A stretch of DNA of 64,000 bases from Parvularculaceae bacterium (GCA_013389105.1 JACADZ010000029.1:5924-69923), one strand, 5' to 3'; shown: positions 27,067 to 36,954, counted from the first letter of the stretch. Notes: generated from the letters alone by a model not told the origin. Made by a program: numbers and translations.

Positions 27067-27993
27067 TTAGGCGACAAGGGCGGCGCCGAGGATCTCCGCC
27101 CCGATCTGGCGCAACGTCGATTGCAGGCGCCTGAGTTCGTCAGCTCGCGTTTGATCTCGGCGCGCGACGACGAGAGCCGATTTGGTCTCGGCCCAGATGA
27201 ATTGTCCCTCCGCCGTCGGCCCGAACGGCGCAGAGAGCGCAAGAACGATGTCGAACTCCGCTCTGGCTGCCGCCGTCATCGCCGAGAATCGGGACGATGC
27301 GAGGAATTCCTCGGGACGCGGCGTTGGCGCCTGACCCGCGAGCAGCGACATTCCCCGAACGACCGTTTCGCGAAGGGCGTCCTCCATCGAGGCCGCATCA
27401 GCAAGGCGCTCGGGTGCGCCGGGACCGGCCGAGAAGAGCTTGGCGAGTCGGGGCCGGCGGAGGTCGCCGTCGATGAGCAGCACGCGTTTGCCGAGCTGTG
27501 CGAAAGCGACGGCGGCGTTGGCGGCGGCGACGTCGGCCGAAACGGCGGCCCCCGCAGGAATAATCGAGATCCCTTTCAGTCTCTCGGGGGACTGCATCGT
27601 CAGCAGGCGGGCGGCGAGCGAGCGATATTGCTCCGACGCGACGGAATTCGGCCTGTGCAGGATGACAAGTTCAGCGCCAAGCTTGAAGGCGGACGGCGCG
27701 TCCTGCAGGACGCCGTCGCGGATGGCGCGCGCTATCGCAAGATCCGCCGGCGTCAAGAGTTTGAGCTTGCGGGCCGCGATGGCGAAATCCTCGCCGAGGC
27801 GCGCGGCGCGCTCCTTGATGCGGGCGGCGGCGTCGACGGAAAGCCTGCCATGAGCTGCGAGGATTTCGTCGATTTCGCCAGGCGCCGGCGCAAGAACGGG
27901 GACCGGCGCGCTGTCGCTGATGATGCTCAGCGCCGGCGGTTCTGGCGCATCAAAGGCTTCCTTGAGTTCGGTCTGCAGTCTGACGGCGTTCAT
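27067..27993 (-). CDS. BY-kinase/EpsG-like P-loop-fold protein with degenerate Walker motifs (probable pseudo-kinase)
   Basis: SEQYRSLAARL and AQLGKRVLLIDGDLRRP (Walker A') are conserved. The Walker A position reads IIPAGAAVS (nt 27538-27558), not GxxGxGK[ST]. Walker B reads FDIVLALSAP. No C-terminal Tyr cluster. Confidence 0.7.
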   Translation of the reverse strand: MNAVRLQTELKEAFDAPEPPALSIISDSAPVPVLAPAPGEIDEILAAHGRLSVDAAARIKERAARLGEDFAIAARKLKLLTPADLAIARAIRDGVLQDAPSAFKLGAELVILHRPNSVASEQYRSLAARLLTMQSPERLKGISIIPAGAAVSADVAAANAAVAFAQLGKRVLLIDGDLRRPRLAKLFSAGPGAPERLADAASMEDALRETVVRGMSLLAGQAPTPRPEEFLASSRFSAMTAAARAEFDIVLALSAPFGPTAEGQFIWAETKSALVVARRDQTRADELRRLQSTLRQIGAEILGAALVA

Positions 27994-29417
27994 GCTGCAG
28001 CCCTCGCGGGTTGGCGCGCCGCGGCCCGCTTCGACCGCTTATGGCGCGGCGCGGCGCCGGAAGGGGCGGCTGGGATTTCCGCCAGCACCGGCGCCCGCAG
28101 CAGCCGGCGTACGGCCTCTGCGTCGCGGACTCGCCCTTCAGAGAACTCGATTGCGACAGCAGCTCCGGCGCTGAGAATCGCCCCGGCGAGCAGCCCGAGC
28201 AACGCGATCACATACAAGGGAGGCGTCAACGCATGCGGCGGCGGAACAGCGCGGGCGAGCAGAACGACGTCGAGATCATCGACGCGCGACTGCATAGCCT
28301 CCTGCAGCGTGCGGTTGGCGACCAGAGAATAGGTGTCGCGGCTTGCGCTAACCTTCTTCTCGAGGCGGTCATAGGTCTCTTTCACCTTCTGGAGACTCAT
28401 GACTTCCGCCTTTTTCTCCGCGGCCTCCGCTTCGAGAGCGCGCAGGCGGCGCTCGGCGTAATCGACGCGGTCTTTGACCGCGAGGCGGACGCTCGCCTCG
28501 AGCGATTCCTTGCGCCGCCTAAGGTCGACGAGGTCCGGATAGGTCTCGCCGAAGCGGCCCCGCAGCACTTCGAGCGCGGCGGAGACCTCGCCGAGCTGGG
28601 CCTGCGCTGCGCGACCCGCGTCAAGGTCGTCGCCAAGCGCAAGGGTCTTGAGGCCCTCGGGCGTAGATCGATCGACGAGCGCTTGCAGCGACTGCACTCG
28701 GGCGAGGTCGGCCCTGGCGTCGGCGAGATGCGTCGTCAGACTCTGGAGCTCGATCTCGGCGCCTTCGAGACGATGGTCTCCCATGCCGATGATGCCGGAT
28801 TTCTCACGATAGTGATTGAGCTCGCGTTGCGCCCCCTCGAGATCGCGCTCAAGCGTCTGCCTCTCATCCGATAAGGACGCGGCGGCGCGAGCGGCGCGGC
28901 GCTGGCGTTGCTCGAGAACCGTCTTCATGTAGGCGGCGGCGAAGCTCTCGGCGACGCGCGCCGCCTGGGCCGGATCCTGCGCCCGATAGCCGATGGTGAG
29001 CGTGCTTGTGGCGGCGTCTGCCTCGACCACAAGATTTCTGACAAGTTCGTCGGCCGCCCAGGCCCGCGGATCATTTCCTGCGACGATCTCGCCGCCCGTT
29101 TCCCGACGCCAACGTGATTCGAAATCCGCGAACGCGATGAAGCCGTCCTCCGTCAATCTGTCGAAGGCCTCGAGAGCGACGGCGCGGCTCTGTGCGATCG
29201 CAGCCTGCTGACCGAGAAACTCCGCGACCCGCAGCCTTGGCTCATAAAGGCCCGTGACGTCCTTCTGTATCGAGTCCACGAGGACGGTCGCCGAAGACTC
29301 GTAAGTCTTCGGCAGGAATGCGCCGGTCGCAAGGCCGACGACAAGGCCGACGAGGGCGCCCCAGCCGAGAATCAGCCGGCGGGCGGCGAAGCATCGAAAG
29401 AGTGCGGTCATGGCCAT
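27990..29417 (-). CDS. polysaccharide chain-length determinant protein (Wzz/GumC, PCP family)
   Basis: TM - large coiled-coil periplasmic domain - TM topology (LILGWGALVGLVVGLATGAF ... LYVIALLGLLAGAILSAGAAV). ATG at 29417 avoids the poly-Arg leader and the overlap with the upstream gene. Confidence 0.8.
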   Translation of the reverse strand: MAMTALFRCFAARRLILGWGALVGLVVGLATGAFLPKTYESSATVLVDSIQKDVTGLYEPRLRVAEFLGQQAAIAQSRAVALEAFDRLTEDGFIAFADFESRWRRETGGEIVAGNDPRAWAADELVRNLVVEADAATSTLTIGYRAQDPAQAARVAESFAAAYMKTVLEQRQRRAARAAASLSDERQTLERDLEGAQRELNHYREKSGIIGMGDHRLEGAEIELQSLTTHLADARADLARVQSLQALVDRSTPEGLKTLALGDDLDAGRAAQAQLGEVSAALEVLRGRFGETYPDLVDLRRRKESLEASVRLAVKDRVDYAERRLRALEAEAAEKKAEVMSLQKVKETYDRLEKKVSASRDTYSLVANRTLQEAMQSRVDDLDVVLLARAVPPPHALTPPLYVIALLGLLAGAILSAGAAVAIEFSEGRVRDAEAVRRLLRAPVLAEIPAAPSGAAPRHKRSKRAAARQPARAAA

Positions 29418-29421
29418 GGGC

Positions 29422-30318
29422 TTACGGGGTCTTCTTCGGCGTGCTCTGGGCGGCGGGCTTGGACGCCGGCGCCGGCGCCGCGCTTGGCCGGTAATACGCG
29501 ATCTTCGCCTCGCTCTTGAGGCGACGGACAAGACCCTCGGCGCGCGCGGAGGCTTTCTCCTCGAGAAGAATGCGACGCGCGAGCGAGCGCCATTCCGACT
29601 GAGGCAAAGCCTCCGCCGTCGCCCGTGTGATCTTCATGATCTGGGTCTGCGTTTCGCTCTTTATCACGATGTTGTCGGAGACCGTGTAGCGCGCCAGCTG
29701 TTCGCGCACCGGCTTTGGAAACGCCGTCGACGGCTGGATCGCGCTGGAAACCGCATACTCTGTCTTCGCGCTTTCAAGCGCTGCAATGAGGGCCCGGAAA
29801 TCAGGTGCGTCGTCGAAGAGCGGGGCCATCGCCTTGTCGTCGAATTTGGCGGTCGGCATCGCTAGCACGGAAAACTCGTAAACGCGCCGATCGGCGAAAA
29901 GGCTTGGATTGGCTGCGATGAAATCCTCGATTTCGTCTACACCCGGCTCGGGCGGCTGGGCGGCAAGCCCAAGATAGAGATCGGCGAGCGCCTGTTCCTC
30001 GGCCGCCTGCATGCGCAGGATCGCGTCGGGCTTGCGGTGAAGGTTTTGCCCGCGCGCGGCGGAGGCGAGCAGCGCGCGATTGACGATGCTTTCGAGCGCA
30101 ACGCGCTCCGCCTCAGGATCGTTCATGGAGAGACCAAGGCGCGCCATCTCAGTGCGCAGGTCGCTGAGCGTAACCTCTCGCGCGCCGACCCTCGCGACCA
30201 CCTGGGTTTCGCCTGACGCCGCCGTTTTCGGCGCCTGGCGCGAAACGGCCCAGGCCGGCGGCGGCGGCGCCGAGGAGATGAGCGCGAGCCCCAGAAGCCC
30301 GGCGAAAATGAGACGCAT
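29422..30318 (-). CDS. SurA/PpiD-like periplasmic chaperone (EpsD-type PPIase-like; parvulin signature not evident)
   Basis: Signal peptide MRLIFAGLLGLALISSAPPPPAWA after GGAGGA. SurA-N-like VARVGAREVTLSDLRTEM...; Ala/Pro/Lys tail. Confidence 0.6.
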   Translation of the reverse strand: MRLIFAGLLGLALISSAPPPPAWAVSRQAPKTAASGETQVVARVGAREVTLSDLRTEMARLGLSMNDPEAERVALESIVNRALLASAARGQNLHRKPDAILRMQAAEEQALADLYLGLAAQPPEPGVDEIEDFIAANPSLFADRRVYEFSVLAMPTAKFDDKAMAPLFDDAPDFRALIAALESAKTEYAVSSAIQPSTAFPKPVREQLARYTVSDNIVIKSETQTQIMKITRATAEALPQSEWRSLARRILLEEKASARAEGLVRRLKSEAKIAYYRPSAAPAPASKPAAQSTPKKTP

Positions 30319-30357
30319 GAGACGTCCTCCTTCAACGCGACGCAAGGAGGATGAGGT

Positions 30358-31122
30358 TCAGCCCGCGAGCAGCGCCGCAACCATACGGCGCGCCCGCCAC
30401 CAGCGAATGCGCAAAAGCACTCCGGCCGCCGCGATCCTGTCGGACAGACGCGACAGACGTCTGGTCGTCAGAACCCTGAACAAGTGCGGCGCGGCCGAAA
30501 GCGCCGTTGCGATCGCCAGCGCCGCCCATTTGAGGCGGCTGACAGGACCTCGCCCTCCAAAGCCGTTCCAGCGCTCCGTCACGAGTCTGTCCCACTTGCG
30601 GACAAGCTCGCTCCAGTCCCGGCGCGCGGGATGGCCGATGATTGACCTAGCGTTAAAAGCTAAACGAAACCCTAGCGTCGCCGCGCGCCGGCAGAAGTCG
30701 ACGTCTTCCGAAACGCCGTGAGTGAACGGCCCGACCGCTTCGACCGCTTCCCGCGTAGCGAAGAGATTGGCGGTTACCGAAAACTTCTTACGAGCGACAT
30801 AATCGCGTTGCTGGAAAGCAAATACTTTTTCGAATGCTTCAACCGCCGACGGGCGCCTTTCGTCCGCGACCGTGACTGTCACCTCGCCGCCGGAGAGATC
30901 CGCCTTGTCGAGGCTCTTGCATCCCTCCGACAGCCAGTTCGAATCCGCGACGCAGTCCGCATCGATGAAGGCGAAGACGGCGCCTCTCGCCGCAGCGATG
31001 GCGGCGTTGCGGGCGTGCGCAGCGCCGCGCTTCGGCTCGCGCACCAGCTTGGCGCCTGGGAAGCGCGCCAGCGCCTCGGCAAGAGAGGCCTGGTCGGCGG
31101 AGTCGTTGTCCGCCACGATCAC
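30358..31122 (-). CDS. family 2 glycosyltransferase, longest intact ORF of a gene interrupted by TAG at codon 3 (see finding)
   Basis: IVADNDSAD...AHARNAAI...FIDADC (DxD). The canonical first strand ISVVIPHYNQP is encoded in frame upstream (31123-31224), but behind ATG-ACA-TAG (31233-31225). Confidence 0.75.
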   Translation of the reverse strand: MIVADNDSADQASLAEALARFPGAKLVREPKRGAAHARNAAIAAARGAVFAFIDADCVADSNWLSEGCKSLDKADLSGGEVTVTVADERRPSAVEAFEKVFAFQQRDYVARKKFSVTANLFATREAVEAVGPFTHGVSEDVDFCRRAATLGFRLAFNARSIIGHPARRDWSELVRKWDRLVTERWNGFGGRGPVSRLKWAALAIATALSAAPHLFRVLTTRRLSRLSDRIAAAGVLLRIRWWRARRMVAALLAG

Positions 31123-31232
31123 TTCGAAGTCGGCGAGCGGCGTCGATTGCCGGGCGAGGCTCTGAAGGCAGAGCGCCAGCGCCGCCGGCTGGTTGTAATG
31201 GGGAATGACGACGCTGATGCGCGGCTATGTCA

Positions 31233-32516
31233 TTAAGACGCCTCTGATACGCCAGGCCCTGCGGCGGCGAGCGTCGCCGCTGCGGCCGCCGCCGCCTTTG
31301 AGCGGCCCTTCTCGAACACGCGCTGGTAGGCCTTCAGGAGTTCCGGAACGGAGTGCTCCCAGGAAAGGCGCGCGGCGATCCGCTCCCGGGCGATCGCCCC
31401 CATGCGTTCGCGCTTTGACTTCTGGACGATCAGCTGGCAGATTTTTTTAGCGAAGTCTTGAGGATCGTCGCGCCTGGCGTAGAGCGAAGCGCCGCCCGCC
31501 GACTGGCGCCCTTCGTGGAGATCGAATTGCACGATGGGCTTGCCGAGCGCCATGTACTCCATGATCTTGTTCATGGTGGATTTGTCGTTCATCTCGGTGG
31601 CGCGATCTGGATTGACGCAGATGTCGGCCGTGTTGAGCACGTCCAGCAGAACCTCGTCGCTCGCCCGCCCGTAGAAGGTGAAGTCAGCGGCGACGCCGCT
31701 GTCTGAAGCGAGCTTTTTCATCTCCTCGAGCTTCGGGCCGCCGCCGACGATCGCAAAATGGGTTTTGCCCGGGCCGCGCTCGGCGATCACATGCTTTGCC
31801 GCTTCGATTAGAAGATCGATCCCTTCCTGACGCCCGATGACGCCGACATAGCCGATGAGATGATCCGCGCCCTTTTTGATCTCTTCTCTTGGCGGTCTTA
31901 TCTGGAGCTTTTCAAGGTTTGGACCGGAGCGCACGACAAAGACGTCGCTCTCGCGCATGCGGCCGCGCTTTATCGCAATCTCGCGATAGGATTCGTTCGT
32001 CGCGATCGACACGTCGGCGAAGGCGAAAGTCAGCCGCTCAAACAGCTTCAGCAGCGACCAGAAGATGTCTCGGCGTTCGAACTTCGCCTCATAGAGCTCC
32101 GGCGACAGGTCGTGATGGTCGAAGATGAACCTGGTTCCAAAGAAGAGCTTGAAGACCGCCGCGACGATGAAGACGAGGTCGGGCGGGTTGCAGGCATGGA
32201 TCACGTCGAAGCCGCGCCGCCGCTTGACCTCGAACGCGAGGCGGAACTGCCAGTAGAGAGCGCTTGCGTATTCCTTCAGGTATCCGAGGGCGCTGTCGTC
32301 GGACTGCAGCAACGGATGGCGCCAGACGTGCACGCCCTCGATGACTTCATAGGGCGTTTCGTAGTCCTTGAGAGCAGGCGAGACGATCGAGACGTCATAA
32401 TCGTTCTTCGCCAGCGTCGTCGCTTCCGACCATACGCGCCGGTCAAACGGTACGGGCAGATTCTCGACGATAATGAGAATCTTCTTGCGGCTACCAGTTG
32501 ACGCCTTCATACGCAC
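31233..32516 (-). CDS. family 4 (GT-B, GT1-like) glycosyltransferase
   Basis: KKILIIVENLPVPFDRRVW..., C-terminal EGFGL-like core (GRQEGIDLL...) and EMNDKSTMNKIMEYMALGKP (E-x7-E region). Confidence 0.85.
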   Translation of the reverse strand: MRMKASTGSRKKILIIVENLPVPFDRRVWSEATTLAKNDYDVSIVSPALKDYETPYEVIEGVHVWRHPLLQSDDSALGYLKEYASALYWQFRLAFEVKRRRGFDVIHACNPPDLVFIVAAVFKLFFGTRFIFDHHDLSPELYEAKFERRDIFWSLLKLFERLTFAFADVSIATNESYREIAIKRGRMRESDVFVVRSGPNLEKLQIRPPREEIKKGADHLIGYVGVIGRQEGIDLLIEAAKHVIAERGPGKTHFAIVGGGPKLEEMKKLASDSGVAADFTFYGRASDEVLLDVLNTADICVNPDRATEMNDKSTMNKIMEYMALGKPIVQFDLHEGRQSAGGASLYARRDDPQDFAKKICQLIVQKSKRERMGAIARERIAARLSWEHSVPELLKAYQRVFEKGRSKAAAAAAATLAAAGPGVSEAS

Positions 32517-33804
32517 ACTGAAAATCCTTCGGCAGGGGCGTCCGCACGAGATCGACGAGGCGCTGCGGCGGCTTCATCATCAACGGCGCGTTGCGGAACT
32601 CGGTGGCGCGGTTGCCGATGACGACCGTTCGGCCGAACGCGACCGTTTCCTCAAGATTGTCCGAGAGCATCTCGGCGATGTGGGGTATCGCCCCGTTGAT
32701 GTAGTCGCGGTTCGAGCCCGTGAGCTGGGCGAGCCGCACGCTCCTGTCGTAGACTCGGACATTGTAGCCCTTGCCGAGGAGCTGCTCCACCAGCGCGACC
32801 TGGGGGCTTTCGCGGAGATCGTCCGTGTCGGCCTTGAACGAGATGCCGAGAAAGGCGATATCGCGCGCGCCGCCTTCCACGATCATGTCGAAGGCGCGAT
32901 CGATCTGCCGCTTGTTCGAGATGACGACGCCGGTCAGCAAAGGCGTCTCCACATCGAGGGTCTTGGCGCGATAGATAAGCGCCCGCAGATCCTTGGGCAG
33001 GCATGAACCGCCGAAGGCGAAGCCGGGCTTGAGATAGGCCGGTGAAATGTTGAGCTTCCGGTCGGCGCAGAAAATGTCCATCACGTCGTGGCTGTCGACG
33101 TCGATGGCCTTTGCGATCGACCCGACCTCGTTTGCGAACGCGACCTTAACGGCATGCCAGGCGTTGTCGGCGTACTTCACGAGCTCCGCGACGTCGACGC
33201 TGGTCACGAAGCGCGGCGCGTCAATGCCCGCGTAGAGGCCGGCGACGAGGTCGGCCGTTCTCGGATCGAGGGCGCCGATTACGATCTTCGGCGGGTTATC
33301 GTAGTCGTGGACGGCCGTCGATTCTCGCAGGAACTCGGGATTGTTGGCGACGTAGAGGCCTGCGCCGGCTTTTCGGCCCGATGCGGCTTCGAGGGACGGG
33401 ATCACTTCGCCGCGCATGGTGCCGGGCAGGACGGTTGATCTCAGCACGATTGTGTAAGGCCTGTCGGCGCCGCGCAGATGCTCGCCGATCTCGCGCGCCA
33501 CGTTCAGGACGGCCTGCGTGTCGAGACTGCCGTTGCGCCGGCTCGGCGTGCCGACGCAGATGAGCGCCAGCTCGCTCTCCGCGATCGCCTCGGCCGCGCT
33601 CCTCGTGGCGCGCAGACGCCCTTGCGTCACCGCATCGAGAATGAGGTCGCCGACGCCTCTCTCCACGATCGGGGAAAGCCCCTTGTTGATGAGTTCGACT
33701 TTCGCGGCCTGCGGATCGACGCCGATGATGTGATGGCCGTCCCGCGCGAGGCAGGCCGCCGACACCGCGCCGACGTAACCAAGGCCGAAGACCGCGATCT
33801 TCAT
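32491..33804 (-). CDS. GDP-mannose 6-dehydrogenase-like nucleotide-sugar dehydrogenase (AlgD family)
   Basis: MKIAVFGLGYVGAVSAACLA..GH..IGVD, NPEFLRESTA, GFAFGGSCLPKD catalytic Cys. As I remember P. aeruginosa AlgD, the protein is collinear with it over its whole length down to the C-terminal ...EGVNW. Confidence 0.85.
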   Translation of the reverse strand: MKIAVFGLGYVGAVSAACLARDGHHIIGVDPQAAKVELINKGLSPIVERGVGDLILDAVTQGRLRATRSAAEAIAESELALICVGTPSRRNGSLDTQAVLNVAREIGEHLRGADRPYTIVLRSTVLPGTMRGEVIPSLEAASGRKAGAGLYVANNPEFLRESTAVHDYDNPPKIVIGALDPRTADLVAGLYAGIDAPRFVTSVDVAELVKYADNAWHAVKVAFANEVGSIAKAIDVDSHDVMDIFCADRKLNISPAYLKPGFAFGGSCLPKDLRALIYRAKTLDVETPLLTGVVISNKRQIDRAFDMIVEGGARDIAFLGISFKADTDDLRESPQVALVEQLLGKGYNVRVYDRSVRLAQLTGSNRDYINGAIPHIAEMLSDNLEETVAFGRTVVIGNRATEFRNAPLMMKPPQRLVDLVRTPLPKDFQCAYEGVNW

Positions 33805-33964
33805 CGCTGGTCCCCGCCTGAGACGCGCGCGCAGGGCTGCGCCGCGAGCGCGACGCGCGAGAGTGCGGATTTCACCACGCCATTTAAACCCGGGTTAATT
33901 CTACCCGCCGACAATCGGCCGAACGCATACAACCACCTGAAGGTTTCGATCGGCTGAACGGCCA

Positions 33965-34645
33965 ATGGACAAATCGCGCGCTGTCGGCGCAGTTCTCGGG
34001 CTGCTTGGAGCGATCGTCGCCGCACTCGGCTTTGCGGCGCCGGCGCAGGCGCGTACGGCCGTCTATGTCCAGCCTGCATTCGTCCCGCCGGCCCCGCTCA
34101 GCGCGCTCTCGACGCGCGGCGACAATGACGGCTATCTCGTGCCCCTCAACCAGACCCTTGCGCTGGTGTTCAGCCAGCCGTTCGGCAAGGTCTTGAACGG
34201 CGACAGGATCACGATTTACACGCTGGCGCCGTTGACAGGAGACGCGCGCGCCATCATCAGCTTCGGCCTGTGGAACAACGGCTCGCCGACCATCTTCCGT
34301 ACCCAGAGCGTCAACGCGGGCAACTCGCTGCGCGTGAGCAACCTGTTTCAGCACGGCTGCAGCCTGTTCCAGGGGTGCGACTATATTTCGATCACAACGG
34401 ACCGAGCCCGCAGGGGCGCCGAAGGCGCTGAGATCGACTATATCGACATCAACGGCGAGGTCGTCGATGTCGTCGCGCCGCCTGCGCCCGAACCCGCGGC
34501 ATGGGCGCTCATGACTTTGGGTTTCGCCGGCGTCGCCTGGCGGCTGAAGGCGCAAAGAGCCGGACAAAATTCGCCGTCGCGCGCCGCGCCTAGATCGACC
34601 GGCGACGAGTTCCGCTTTCCGCGCGGCGCTCGAGCCGGCGATTAA
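33965..34645 (+). CDS. secreted protein with PEPxxWA-like PEP-CTERM sorting signal
   Basis: Signal peptide ...LGFAAPAQA. Near the C-terminus: PAPEPAAWALMTLGFAGVAWRLKAQR (PEP motif, TM, basic cluster), followed by 28 further residues. Confidence 0.7.
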   Translation: MDKSRAVGAVLGLLGAIVAALGFAAPAQARTAVYVQPAFVPPAPLSALSTRGDNDGYLVPLNQTLALVFSQPFGKVLNGDRITIYTLAPLTGDARAIISFGLWNNGSPTIFRTQSVNAGNSLRVSNLFQHGCSLFQGCDYISITTDRARRGAEGAEIDYIDINGEVVDVVAPPAPEPAAWALMTLGFAGVAWRLKAQRAGQNSPSRAAPRSTGDEFRFPRGARAGD

Positions 34646-34648
34646 CGA

Positions 34649-34897
34649 TCAGTCTCGTGCGCCGCTCTCCGGATAGGGCAAGCTCGCGATGTGAAGGAGC
34701 AGGAACGCCCCGGCGATGAGGAGACCGATTGCAAAAGCGGCGTGACCGGCGTTGCCGAGCCAGTTGCCGGCCGCAGACGCGAGCGAGATCAGGATATAGG
34801 GCGCCAGCGGCGGATCCTCGTGCCGGAAGCGCAGGAAAAACATGCCCGCGCTCGCCATGAACAGAGCGACCGCGAGCAGATCATACATTGTCTCCAT
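34649..34897 (-). CDS. small (82 aa) three-TM membrane protein, function unknown
   Basis: Internal ATG at 34897 (METMYDLLAVALFMASAGMFFL...). The track ORF start at 35122 would overlap the M28 peptidase gene and has a non-protein-like leader. Confidence 0.45.
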   Translation of the reverse strand: METMYDLLAVALFMASAGMFFLRFRHEDPPLAPYILISLASAAGNWLGNAGHAAFAIGLLIAGAFLLLHIASLPYPESGARD

Positions 34898-34967
34898 CCG
34901 CCGAACATCGACCCCGCCGGTTAAGCAAGCCTTAGCAGCGACGCTCGAATTCGACAGGTCTTGGAGC

Positions 34968-36671
<1,704 letters not shown>

Positions 36672-36954
36672 GGTCGATTCCCCGATCGTGACCCCGGCGG
36701 TCTCTCGCACGCGGGATGCGACCAGATCAAGCCTCGCCGCCGCTGACGAACCCTTCTCTATCCCGACGATCCTATTGAAATCTCACCTCAGTCCGTTTGG
36801 CTTGATGCCTTTGGGAGTAAGCCATCGCCCCGGGTTTTCGCGCCGCCCGACCGGGACGAGCCCCTCGCCCTTGCATCGGTTTTGGCCTAAAGCCTGCGGT
36901 CGTTCAGCCGGGGCGACCAACCTGGCGGACGGTTTGGCCTCGGGAGGACGGTTG

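Noticed and set aside
26728-28332. 534-aa plus-strand ORF across the exosortase/kinase-like/Wzz genes
   Set aside because: Antisense shadow. Arg/Gly-rich, with no motifs. The minus-strand genes have clear family signatures and coupled stops and starts.
29418-29531. Poly-Arg N-terminal extension ([28 protein letters not shown]...) of the Wzz ORF
   Set aside because: It would overlap the upstream SurA-like gene by 110 nt. The ATG at 29417 sits 5 nt after that gene's stop and directly precedes the first TM helix.
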